Of a stretch of DNA of 64,000 nucleotides, positions 23,184 to 35,400 are shown piece by piece; within the stretch, counting starts at the first letter, position 1, and every line of letters begins with the position of its first letter. The notes below the pieces were generated by a model, which saw only the letters and a list, made by a program, of their open reading frames with translations, did not search any database and was not told where the DNA came from. Origin of the DNA: Macrostomum lignano (Eukaryota); assembly GCA_002269645.1 (NCBI GenBank), contig NIVC01001856.1, positions 165,695 through 229,694 on the forward strand. Reading direction: 5' to 3'. The position numbers and the translations under genes were made by a program.

Positions 23184-24508
23184 CTAAGTCATCGACTTTG
23201 TGACCCACCGTCTAATCGGAATGTGAGTGTACTGATGCTGGGCGTTCCAAGTCTCATCGCTCTTGTAAATCTTACAAAGCAACGAAATAAATAAAGCATT
23301 TAGAAGCACTGAGATGGCTAAAAATACGCCAAACAATATGGCAACAACATTCGGTGCAAAGCTTGGCCCTTTGACGTGAACAACGTGCAGTCTGACAGCC
23401 TTGACGACCACTTTACCTGTTGGCAAATGTACCGAGCACGACACGGAGTAGTCGCCAAGCAACGCTCCCGGAGCCACCTCCAGGAGGCCGTTGCGTGCCA
23501 GCAGATGCTCGCGCGACGCGTGCGGCACGGACCAGTTGGCGTAGGGCGCCGGATTGCTGGCACCGAGGCAGGTCAGGTACTGGCCGCGCGACAGAGAAGC
23601 GTCCAGTCGATTTGGGCTACCACTGCCACTTTCCGGTGCTGAAAAAAATGATTTCACTGGTCGTAAGTCATAAATTAGTGATACCAGCTAAAAACACTCA
23701 GCCTCATCATTAAAGTCTCACCAACGAGCGACTCCCCGATCACAACCTCCTCGCTGATGAAGCGCACGCTGATTCGGACGCTGTCTCGCTGAGAGCCGAA
23801 CACGTTTCGCGACACGCAAGTGACCAGCAGGCCGTCCAGCTCAGGATCGGCAGTCAGCTGACGGGTGTACACCAACGTCCTGTCGTCGTCGCTTGTAGTC
23901 ACGCTGCCTAGCACGGAGATGTCGGAAACGTACACCACCAGCTCCACGCTGGGGTTGGCTGTCCGTCCGGTGCAGCGAATCTCGAATGGCTCCTTGTCGG
24001 CCAGCCAGCTCACCTGGCGGCCCCGGCTGATGAGTTGCACGGTCGGCGGCTCCGGCGGCAGGCCGACAATCAGTTGACGCTCGCCAGCCACCGCCGTGGC
24101 GTTCCCCCGCTTGAATCTGGCTCGGCAGGACAGCACGCCGGAGTCGGCTGGTTGAGCCATCAGCCGGACAGTGGCGAAGTGCGGCGACAAGCTGGCCACA
24201 ATGTCCGATCGCTCGGACCAGGAGTTCAAGAGCTGGTGCTCTCCTGTACCAGCCGACGAGTTGCCACGCTGCAGCAGGATCACCGCGCGACCATTCAGCC
24301 CAATGGAGACCTCGGCGAGGTTCTCCGACTGCGGCCCGTGGCACATGACGGTCAGGCGGGAGCCCTCGAGTACCGGGCCAGCCGGCAGGGTCTCCAATTG
24401 GATTCCAATCCAGTTAGCATCCGCTGACACAGCTGCGGTCAGTGAGATGATTGCCGCAATTATACGCGTAACTGGTTTATTCATTCTCGAGGCCAGAGGT
24501 GCCAACAT
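23184..24508 (-). CDS. Type I transmembrane immunoglobulin-superfamily protein (signal peptide, 3 Ig-like domains, TM, short tail), about 413 aa, 2 exons
   Basis: Exons 24508-23722 and 23638-23184 joined by a phase-1 GT-AG intron (83 bp), total 1242 nt in frame. Paired Ig cysteines (LTVMC..VLSC; FEIRC..LLVTC; YLTC..W..YSVSC), signal-like IIAAIISLTAAVSA, TM VVAILFGVFLAISVLLNALFISLLC. Confidence 0.8.
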
Positions 24509-24934
24509 GGGCCGCTATAGTAGAACTGAAATGCTCACAGTGCTGCTGGGGCTTCTATTTATTCGAAAATCTTTTCTCTTACTTTTCTCTTTTCTCTCTG
24601 AACCATGCTTTCTAGCCACCAGCTAGCTAGCCCTCAGCTAATGAGAGGCGGAGGCTGTGGTCAGCTTATTGCGTGCACACATTTGGCTCTGCGTGACTGG
24701 GTGCATAGTTTGTTAAAATGTACACTCGCTAATAGGTACATTACGTTGTGGAAGAAGTGCATAGTCGCCATTTTCTAATAATTAGATATGCAAGCGAATG
24801 TGAAATAACTGCATGGTAGCCACCCCTAGCTTTGAAATTTATCGAACAAGAATTAAACTATACAGACAATTTTGCTCAGTCAACTAATGGTAAAACTGCT
24901 TGAATTTCCTGAGCACATGCAAGCGCGCCAATGC

Positions 24935-25168
24935 TGTACGCAGGCACGTACTCATGCACACGCTCACACAGGGTGTACAGCGGCCCTGACTGTCTAATCA
25001 GCAGACATGTACGCACTCTGTGCCTTGTGGGCTGGCCCTCATGGCTGTGAATCCCACGACAACCCCCGAGTCAATTTTCGTGCTCAAACCCCTAGTGAAT
25101 GTGACAGGGAATCGAACCCGGGGTCCTTGAGCTGCGAAACGCTGAGCTGCTCTGCCCCTAGGTGACGA
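24935..25168 (-). mobile_element. tRNA-derived SINE related to family A (different head)
   Basis: B box GGTTCGATTCC on the minus strand near 25110-25120. Shares the GTACATG..AGGGCCGCTGTACAC..TGTGTGAG block with family A. Confidence 0.65.
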
Positions 25169-25819
25169 GAGAGGTACTCAAGAATGCGATTCTAATAGGT
25201 GCCGAAACACGATTTACGGCGATTTCCAGTAGTAAATTTTGTTATAATCCATTCTTTTTATTGCAATAAACGAATATCCACCCAGTTATGGCGGAAATTT
25301 AAACTTTGAACGTAATAACAAAAAACAACTGAAATTTATATTTCGTTATTATAGCTTGTAGTGTGTTACGGCGCAACAAAACTAAGAATCTTTCAAAGGT
25401 AACATAATTAATTACAACAGAAAAAGTGAAATTGAAGCCGAAAATATTAAATAAACATTTTAGCCACCGCAAAGCATTTGCACACCAACCTCGACGCTAG
25501 TCCTGTAAAAATGAAGCATAAATAATTTTTCGAATAAAATCGTACACAGTAGACGATTTCACCGCATAATACTACTGACAAGAGCTTAATAGTAGTTATT
25601 ATAGTAGCAATTACTATTCATGAAAATATTAAATGCGTGCTCAATGGCAACTCGTCTTATGCAGATACGACAATGCCAAATTATGTTTTCAACAGTTATT
25701 CTGCAGATCAAGGTAGGGAAGCTGATTTTCAATCAAGTTCGTTCATAGCTGATGAAGTATGATGTATATTGTGGATAGTAACGATAAAGATGGCCAGTTT
25801 CTCATTAGATAGACAGGTA

Positions 25820-26360
25820 TGAGAAATGAGATGGGGTTGAGAGGTTACAGATGAAATGGGGTAGAAAGATTAGAGATGAGATGGGGTAAAGAGGTAAGAG
25901 AGAAGAGATGAGATGGGTAGAGAGATGAGAGATAAGAGATCATAGGTGAGATGGGGTAGGGAGATGAGAGATGAGATATGAGAGATGAGATGGGGTAAAG
26001 AAATGAGAGATGAGAGATGAGAAGGGGTAAAGACGTGAGAGAGAAGAGATGAGATCGTTCAGAAAGGTGAGAGATAGAGATGATAGGTGAGATGGGGTAG
26101 AGAGATGAGAGATGATAGGTGAGATTGGGTAGGGAGATGAGAGATGATAGATGAGTTGTGGTAGGGAGATAAGAGATGATAGGTGAGATGGGGTAGGAAG
26201 ATGAGAGATGATAGATGAGTTTTGGTAGGGAGATGAGAGATGAGAAGGGGTAGAGAGGTAAGAGAGAAGAGATGAGATGGGGTAGGAAGACAGGAGATAA
26301 GATATGATAGGTGAGTTGTGGTAGGGAGATTAGAGATGATAGATGAGATGGATATAGAGG
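25820..26360. repeat. Degenerate purine-rich repeat
   Basis: Recurrent GAGATGAGA(T)GGGGTAG motifs. Confidence 0.8.
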
Positions 26361-26438
26361 AGGGCGAACCGAATACTAGTTACCAACGCAGCTCAGCGCC
26401 GAGTTGCTTCACTCTCATTTCGGACAAATCCGGACAGC

Positions 26439-29400
26439 TCAGGTGCCGGTGAACAGTGACACGAGTTTTTTGGGCCTCAGCCTGGCTGTCAGCATCGACA
26501 TTCGACGACGTACAGGCGCTGCGGTTGCGGTACCGACAGTGTCGTTGGCTGCCGCGGTCGTTTTTTCTGCCACTCCGACTGAGGTGGATGCGGTGGCGGA
26601 AGCGGCGGCTGTAGCGGCAGTGTCCGCTTCGTGAGCCCGCCTTGTGAGGTCTTCGATCTCCACGAGCATGGCGTCCTGCTCCATGTGCAGGTCATCCCGT
26701 TCGATTAGGCAGCGGACGAGCTCGCTGTTGTGCTCTGCGGGGAAAGCGGTGTGGGGTGGCAGATGGGTTCAGTGTGGGATAGCAGATGGGCTCAGTGTGG
26801 GATGGCCGATGGGTTCAGTGTGGGGTGGCAGATGGGTTCAGTGTGGGCAGGCCGATGGTCTCAGTGTGGGATGGCCGATGGGTTCAGTGTGGGGTGGCCG
26901 ATGGTCTCAGTGTGGGATGGCAGATGGGCTCAGTGTGGGATGGCAGATGGGCTCAGTGTGGGATGGCCGATGGGCTCAGTGTGGGATGGTAGATGGGCTC
27001 AGTGTGGGATGACCGATGGGCTCAGTGTGGCATGACAGATAGGCTCAGTGTGGGATGGTCGATGGGCTCAGTGTGGGATGGTCGATGGTCTCAGTGTGGG
27101 ATGGCAGATGGGCTCAGTGTGGGATGGCAGATGGGCTCAGTGTGGGATGACCGATGGGCTCAGTGTGGGATGGCCGATGGGCTCAGTGTGGGGTGGCCGA
27201 TGGGCTCAGTGTGGGGTGGCCGATGGGCCAGAACTCGGCGCTCTCACCCTCAATCCTGGCCAGAAGGCTGTTGTGTGCCAGCTGCAGCGCGCCGAGGCTC
27301 ATCATTTCTAGGCAGGAGGCGCCCAAGCGGCGCGACGGCGCCACGCCGAGCATCTCGGCGAGGGCGTCCCGGCAGCGCCGGTCCCTGGCGTGCCGCTCCA
27401 CCGCAAGCTGCATTCGGGCCATGGGCTCAGCCTGGGCCAGCGCCACCTGCGCTTCCGCCTGCAGCTCCGCCTGTCGGCGTCGAAGGCAACCGGCATCCGA
27501 CGCAGCGTCCCGACAGCCGGCGTCGCCACCGTCGGCCTGTTCGACGGGCGGCGGCGACGGCGGCGGCGGTGGCTCCAAGCCGAGGCTGGCGAGGAGCTCC
27601 GGCTCCAGAGGACGGCGGCTCGGTCGTAAGGGAGGTGGCGGCGGCGGCGGCTGCAGCGGCGGAGGTGGGGTGGGGGGCAACGATGACCTGCAGTCGGTGA
27701 GGCAGTCAGTCTTGCGCAGAGCTTGTTGTTGTTAAATGAGGGTGGGAAGCAAGGGGCCCCCAGATCAGCCCAAGTAGGGCTCTGCGGCTGGATCTATCTG
27801 TGGGCCATACTGCCAGGGGCATATATAGCCTGAAAGGCCACGCTTGGGACCAGGACTGGACATACCTGATTGGGGCTACGCTCGTACTAGCTTAAACCTA
27901 TGGACTAAGACAGGGGGGCCGTAGCCCAGCGGTAGCGCAGCTGCTCTGGTGTGCCAGCGACTCAGGCTCGATTCCAAGTGCAGTCACATTAATTTGGGGC
28001 TGAATTGGAATCTCGGCTTGGCTCTGCTCGTGCAATTAACGGCCTTGAGAGCCAACCCCCCAAGGCGCAGTGAAGTGTACATGCCTAACGATAATATAAA
28101 TTTAGGGCCGCTGTACACTCCTGTGTGAGTGTGTGCCTGCGTACGTATCCCCGCGCTTGTATGTCTGCTCAGGGGAGTCGGCGGAATGGGCAGTAATGCC
28201 TCTCGCCCGTTGTGTGCCTATGTCGCTTAAAGTGCGCCAGACTGCACACAACCCCCTGCCTCTAAAAAAAATGGACTAAGACACCGCCAACCCAAAGTGG
28301 AATCAGGGACGGTGCTAGGACCGAGTCCACCCAAGCCACACTTTCCACCCAACCCACAGTGCGCGCAAAAAGTTTGGAGTTTAGAAAGCGGTCCGAGAAA
28401 GCAGGACTTATTACTGTCAACTAGATGTATAGGTTATAAACTACTCTTAATTGAGTAGCTGATGCGCACATTGTTGGAAAAAAACTCCAATAAAAAATTG
28501 ATTAATTTTTCAACCTCCAACTCGCTTTCTATGAATCAGGAGAATTATTGAGCATGCTCAGCGCACGATGGACGCTGATACTCAGTCACCGGCACTAATG
28601 TATAATTGTGCCTTTTCAAATTTCATCTTAGATTACTATTCTTTTAATTTAGCATCGAGACGGCGACGGCCCCGGGACGGCGCTCCCGAAGTGCCTTCAG
28701 TTCGTCTACCTCGGCGGACTGGTGCCGGACGTCGGTGACGACCTAGCGAGGCGGCGCGGCAAGGCCTGGGCTGCCTTCCGATCTGTGCGGGCGGTGCTGC
28801 TCTCCGAGGCCCTGTCCGACGGCGCCAGGTCCCAGCTGTTCCAGGCGGTTGTTGAGACCGCCCTGCTGTACAATGCTGAGACCTGGACGCTGACCGGGGC
28901 GCTTGAGGCGCAGCTCGACGCGGCGCATGCGGCCCTAGTCCGCGCCGCTTTCGGCGCCCGCCGCGGCCCTGGCAGCGAGACAACCGAGTCCCTGTACAAA
29001 CGCACAGGCCTGACGCGGCCTTCTGCCCTGCTGAGTCAGCGGCGCCTGCGGCTTGCCGGACATGTCATCCGGGCCGAAGCCTACTGCCCAGAGCCGCTGC
29101 AGGACGTCCTGCTGTGGACCCCGCAGGGACCGCGCAGGCGTGGTCAGGGACGATCAGCCCGCTACGTCGACCGCCTTTTTGAAGATGCGCGAGCACCCAG
29201 CCAGACGGCCGGTGTGAAGCACATTAGAGACCTGGCTCTGAAACGCGCGATTTGACGCTCCCCCCTCTTGGCCACTCCCGTGGCTGGCGTGGGGCGTAAC
29301 TATTATTTTATTTATTATTTATTTATTTAATTTAGCATGCACAACATGTTACTATGTTATATTTTGTTTGGCTGTGTAGTGAAATTTTCATTTTCGTATA

Positions 29401-32400
29401 TTCCTTGATTAAAAGCAATCAGTGATTTTGATTAAAAATCTGATTTTTTCTATCGTCCAGGAAATAGGCCTCCAAAAAATTACACGATTTTTCAGTTTTA
29501 AGTCCTGTTACTGCAGTGATCCTCTTATAATGCACAAAAATTCGCAAATTGCTTTTGATAGCAGGCAGACCCAATTTTCATGTTTTGATATTCGCAAGAG
29601 CTTTTTGTTTAGAAAATAAAATTTCTATGTTCATTTATACCCATTTATTATTTGTAACTACAATAATTGGAGCATACAGACAAATTAGACAAAATTGACT
29701 TGGCTTCTCTCATGAATATGGTCTGTAATAGTCTAATATAAATAAAGCCTTTCATTTTACTTTAATGTGTCATTTTTTATTTTTAGGCGTAATTGTGTGT
29801 ACGAAGAACATACAATTAACAAAGAACCCTACCAGGTAATTTCCTGCAAATTTGAAGGTAATGTCAAAAGACGAACATTAGTTCTGACTTACTAACAAAT
29901 TGCAAATTTGTTAAACTAATTGCAAATTTTGTGCTGAAAAATCAAAAGCCTACATTCTCCAAAATGTATTTTCTTGGAAAAATCGGCCTCCTAAAATTTC
30001 CAAAGAAACACAGCTTCTACTTGCGTAGTCCTTGCACCTTCATCGATTGAGAGTTTACAATCGAGGTAGGGGGTTGGGACTCAGGCAGCTACTCAAGATT
30101 CTATACGAGCTACTCTTATTAAACGAGGTGACTCAGGTTGGAACACGCGAATGGCAAAACTGAATGAAAAATAAGTAAGTCGATTTTTTATGGCTTGCGT
30201 GCTTGCGCTTTCCCCCCCCCCCTGTGAGAGCAGGAGGGAGGCGAAGTTGTAGGGAAGAAAGCGAAGACCGACGAGATCCCCTTAAGTCAGTCACGAATGA
30301 GGTCAAAAATCGATCTCAGCGCCGTCTTGATAGCCCGACAAGCCATCCGGCTAAAACTGTGTTTCTCGGCTTCTCTCAATAGCTAAGATGCCGCTCATTC
30401 ACTTCTCAGACACCTAAACCGCTGAAAGAGCGCGGAATGGAGCCCAGGCATCCATTGACGCTGAGCTATAAGTTAATAAAGTAGGTTGACTTGCCTTATC
30501 CGATGATGTCGAACCGGAGCCTGTGGAGGCGACGGTGCCAGCCGTCTCGTCATCATCGCTGGTTGCTGGATCGCTGATGAAGCAGAGCTGCATTGAAGCA
30601 GTCAGCTAAAGAAGAGAATTTTAGCTGCATCAGTTTGGCAAGTGAGAAGCTCAATATTGATTGGCAGATGGGGGGCTGGGCAAGAATGGGAGAGGGAGAG
30701 GGAGAGGTAGTGAGTGAGAGGGAGAGATAGTGAGGGAGAGATAGTGAGGGAGAGGTAGTGAGGGAGAGGTAGTGAGGGAGAGGTAGTGAGGGAGAGGTAG
30801 TGAGTGAGAGGGAGAGATAGTGAGGGGGAGGTAGTGAGGGAGAGGTAGTGAGGGAGAGGTAGTGAAGGAGAGGTAGTGAGGGAGAGGTAGTGAGGGAGAG
30901 ATAGTGAGGGAGTGGTAGTGAGGGAGAGGTAGTGAGGGAGAGATAGTGAGGGAGAGGTAGTGAGGGAGAGATAGTGAGGGGGAGGTAGTGAGGGAGAGGT
31001 AGTGAGGGAGAGGTAGTGAGGGAGAGGTAGTGAGGGAGAAGTAGTGAGGGAGAGGTAGTGAGGGAGAGGTAGTGAGGGAGAGGTAGTGAGGGAGAGGTAG
31101 TGAGGGAGAGGTAGTGAGGGAGAGATAGTGAGGGAGAGGTAGTGACGGAGAGGTAGTGAGGGAGAGGTAGTGAGGGAGATGTAGTGAGGGAGAGGTAGTG
31201 AGTGAGAGGGAGAGATAGTGAGGGGGAGGTAGTGAGGGAGAGGTAGTGAAGGAGAGGTAGTGAAGGAGAGGTAGTGAGGGAGAGGTAGTGAGGGAGGGAG
31301 AGATAGTGAAGGAGAGGTAGTGAGGGAGTGGTAGTGAGGGAGAGGTAGTGAGGGAGTGGTAGTGAGGGAGAGGTAGTGAGGGAGAGGTAGTGAAGGAGAG
31401 GTAGTGAGGGAGGGAGAGATAGTGAAGGAGAGGTAGTGAGGGAGTGGTAGTGAGGGAGAGGTAGTGAGGGAGTGGTAGTGAGGGAGAGGTAGTGAGGGAG
31501 AGATAGTGAAGGAGAGGTAGTGAGGGAGGGAGAGATAGTGAGGGAGAGGTAGTGAGGGAGAGATAGTGAAGGAGAGGTAGTGAGGGAGGGAGAGATAGTG
31601 AAGGAGAGGTAGTGAGGGAGTGGTAGTGAGGGAGAGATAGTGAGGGAGAGGTAGTGAGGGAGAGGTAGTGAGGGAGAGGTAGTGAGGGAGAGGTAGTGAG
31701 GGAGAGATAGTGAGGGAGAGGTAGTGAGGGAGAGATAGTGAGGGAGAGGTAGTGAGGGAGAGGTAGTGAGGGAGAGATAGTGAGGGAGAGGTAGTGAGGG
31801 AGAGATAGTGATGGAGAGGTAGTGAGGGAGAGGTAGTGAGGGAGAGATAGTGAGGGAGAGATAGTGAGGGAGAGGTAGTGAGGGAGAGATAGTGAGGGAG
31901 AGATAGTGAGGGAGAGGTAGTGAGGGAGAGATAGTGAGGGAGAGATAGTGAGGGAGAGGTAGTGAGGGGGAGGTAGTGAGGGAGAGGTAGTGAGTGAGAG
32001 GGAGAGATAGTGAGGGAGAGATAGTGAGGGAGAGGTAGTGAGGGAGAGATAGTGAGGGAGAGGTAGTGAGGGCAGCCCTGAAGACACAGCAAGCGGAGGT
32101 ACAAGAGAAAGCAATAGTTTACAGAAAGGTCACCTCGGTAGCAACGCTCGGTACGAAGCTTCTCGGCGGTCGACGAAACCGCTGCCATTGCTGCTGCTGC
32201 TGCTGTTGTTCCTGCTCGTTGATGCCGCCCAGTGCGTCGTCTTCATCTTCGGAGGCTGCATCATTGCGAAAGCAGAGCTCCATCCCAGCTGAGAAGCCCC
32301 CGCCGCTACCGTCACCGCCGCTGCAACTCCAAGCGGTCGTCGACGAACCGAAACTCGCGGCTCCGGCAGCTTCGGCTTCCGACTCGCCGTCAGGCCTCCC

Positions 32401-35400
32401 TGCCAGATTGTCGTCCTCTGAGCCGCAGCTGCTCAGCGCCCGCAGCACCCGCTCCCGCTCCGTCTCCGCCTGTCGGCGCGGTCGATGCCGCCTGGGAGGC
32501 TGCGGAGTAATGAGGATTTATTCAGAGTCGCTTAAATCTCACCTGGGATCAATTAGGATTATGGACTGCCGACTCCAGCCTCCTCACCTCACTTGCTGTG
32601 CATTTTTAGGGACCCTTCTCCCCAGCCTCCCCCCGGCTCAGGCGCCATCCTATCCCCATCAGTCTGACCCCTGCCCCTCATCCCGATGACGGACAGTTGT
32701 CTGCGAAGCTTCGGTGTAATGAGAGGGAATGGTATAATTAAAACAAAACTTTGTACTGATGCATAGACAGGGAGATCAGGGGGCTTTTAGGATTGTTCAT
32801 TTAATGATAAAATCCGGAGTCTCTTTTGCACAGAAATTGGGATAGAGATTTGACTAGTTATACATTTTTTAATTGGATACTGTTTCACTGACTCATTAAT
32901 TAATGTACTCGTAGCTCTATAGGCCGCTACCGAGACATGAGAAGCCGCTACCTGCACATGAGAAGCCGCTACCGGCACATGAGAAGCCGCTACCTGCACA
33001 TGGGAAGCCGCTACCTACACATGAGAATCCGCTATCTACACATGAGAAGCCGTTATCTACACATGAGAAGCCGTTATCTACACATGAGAAGCCGTTATCT
33101 ACACATGAGAAGCCGTTATCTACACATGAGAAGCCGCTACCTACACATGGGAAGCCGCTACCTACACATGAGAATCCGCTATCTACACATGAGAAGCCGT
33201 TATCTACACATGAGAAGCCGTTATCTACACATGAGAAGCCGTTATCTACACATGAGAAGCCGTTATCTACACATGAGAAGCCGTTATCTACACATGAGAA
33301 GCCGTTATCTACACATGAGAAGCCGCGCTACCTACACACGAGAAGCCGTTATCTACACATGAGAAGCCGCGCTACCTACACATGAGAAGCCGTTATCTAC
33401 ACATGAGAAGCCGCGCTACCTACACACGAGAAGCCGTTATCTACACATGAGAAGCCGCGCTACCTACACATGAGAAGCTGCTTGATCTCAGCTGCAGCAA
33501 AGCGGATAAATTTAATTCAAATAATCCATATGAATTTTGACCAAGGATTTCAGCGGGAAAAAATCTCTCGAATCTTTCGGGAGGAATTTCGCTTCGCTTC
33601 CCTTTTAAATCGCTTCGAGTGCGAAGGCTGTAATGAGGATTCGAGCTCGCCCGGATCGAGTAGCTAATTTTTTTCTTTCGGCTCGATGAAGACCAAAAAG
33701 AGAGAAGCTGGGGGATTTGAGCAGGGAATCTGAGCAGCCCCGGTCGGTGAGCTGATTAAGCGGGAGAAAAATCCTCACAACAGTGTAAGGGTGGGAAGAT
33801 CGGATATCGATTGGCCAAGCTGCACTGAGTCATTGTGGATTATCTTCTCACGGAGCTGTCCGCAACCCCTCACCGAGACACTGGAATCCTCACATTTATC
33901 TCGGGGTCGCATATCCTTAAGCCTTGTGTCTGTTTCAACTCTTAGTTGAACTTCCTAAGTGATTGTGTCTACTGCATAAGATACAAACTATACTACTTAT
34001 AGCGTCAGTTAATGCTAGTAAATGCTAGTTAAAAATCTATTTTTTCGAAAACTAATAAATTATTTCGTCCCGTTTTAGCTGGTAGCTGTCTACAGCGATT
34101 ATAATTAGTTCTCTTTGGTGTCACCCTCCATAACAGTCTCCAGAACAACAGCCTCATCATCCGCAGCTGCAGTCTCACCCCTCAGCAACAACAGCCTCAT
34201 CATCCGCAGCTGCAGTCTCACCCTCCGCTTTCTCAGCTCCTCAGCCGCGGCAGACTTGGCCAGCTCAGCCAGTCGCTGCTCCAGAGCCCGCCACTGCGCC
34301 CGCTCAGAGTCGGCCGCCTCAGCATCCGCCGCGTCCGCCCCAGGCCAGTCCGTCCCGAACTCTGCGGCGAGTCCGGCCTCCCAGCGTCGCTGAGTCCGCA
34401 GCTGGCCGAGGCTGTCCTGAGTGTTAGACGAGCGCATCTCGCCGAAGCAGCTGCTCAAGCTGCTGTTGGTCATGTAGCCCGAGGTTGCTAGGGTAGGCGC
34501 AGCCACCGAGCTCGCTTCCTCTTCGTCATTGTTGAACTCCGCATCGTCCGGGTTGCCGCCAGCTGCCGGCCAGTGGCGCAGCGACTCTTCGGTGCTGCGT
34601 GTAGAGGCAATGGCGGCGGATGTCAGGGCTATTGGCAGGGGATGCCAGGGCTATTGGCACCTGATGTCAGGGGTATTGGCGGGGGATGTCAGGGCTATTG
34701 GCACCTGATGTCAGGGGTATTGGCAGGGGATGTCAGGGCTATTGGAACCCTGATGTCAGGGCTATTGACACCGGACACCGGAATTGACACCTATTGACAC
34801 CGGAACCGGAACACAGCTACTAGGGAACCGGAACACAGGTACTAGGGAACCGAAACACAGGTACTAGGGAACCGGAACACAGGTACTAGGGAACCGGAAC
34901 ACAGGTACTAGGGAACCGGAACACAGGTACTAGGGAACCGGAACACAGGTACTAGGGAACCAGAACACAGCTACTAGGGAACCGAAACACAGGTACTAGG
35001 GAACCGGAACACAGGTACTAGGGAACCGAAACACAGGTACTAGGGAACCGGAACACAGGTACTAGGGAACCGGAACACAGGTACTAGGGAACCGGAACAC
35101 AGGTACTAGGGAACCGGAACACAGGTACTAGGGAACCGAAACACAGCTACTAGGGAACCGGAACACAGGTACTAGGGAACCGGAACACAGGTACTAGGGA
35201 ACCGGAACACAGATACTAGGGAACTGGAACACAGGTACTCCGAACGAAATTAAACAGAAACTACCAAAAATAATGCCAGTCTTTTGTCCCCAAGTTGACC
35301 AGCCGCAAAAAGAAACCAACCAACTGCAACACATCCTGGCTCCTCATCATTTTCTGGCTCCTCATCCGTCTAGTTTGCAGCCATCTGTGTAAACCAAAGA

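Noticed and set aside
27917-27995. tRNA genes at the SINE heads (also 25100-25168, 51915-51983, 60447-60515)
   Set aside because: A and B boxes are present, but cloverleaf stems are degenerate and each continues into a shared SINE body.
30602-32188. ORFs of 487-528 aa (PHYLSLTTSPSL)
   Set aside because: 14/15-bp intronic minisatellite. The true exons flank it.
32937-33362. MRSRYLH heptad ORF
   Set aside because: 21-bp minisatellite, antisense within a SCHIP1 intron, with no unique coding flanks.
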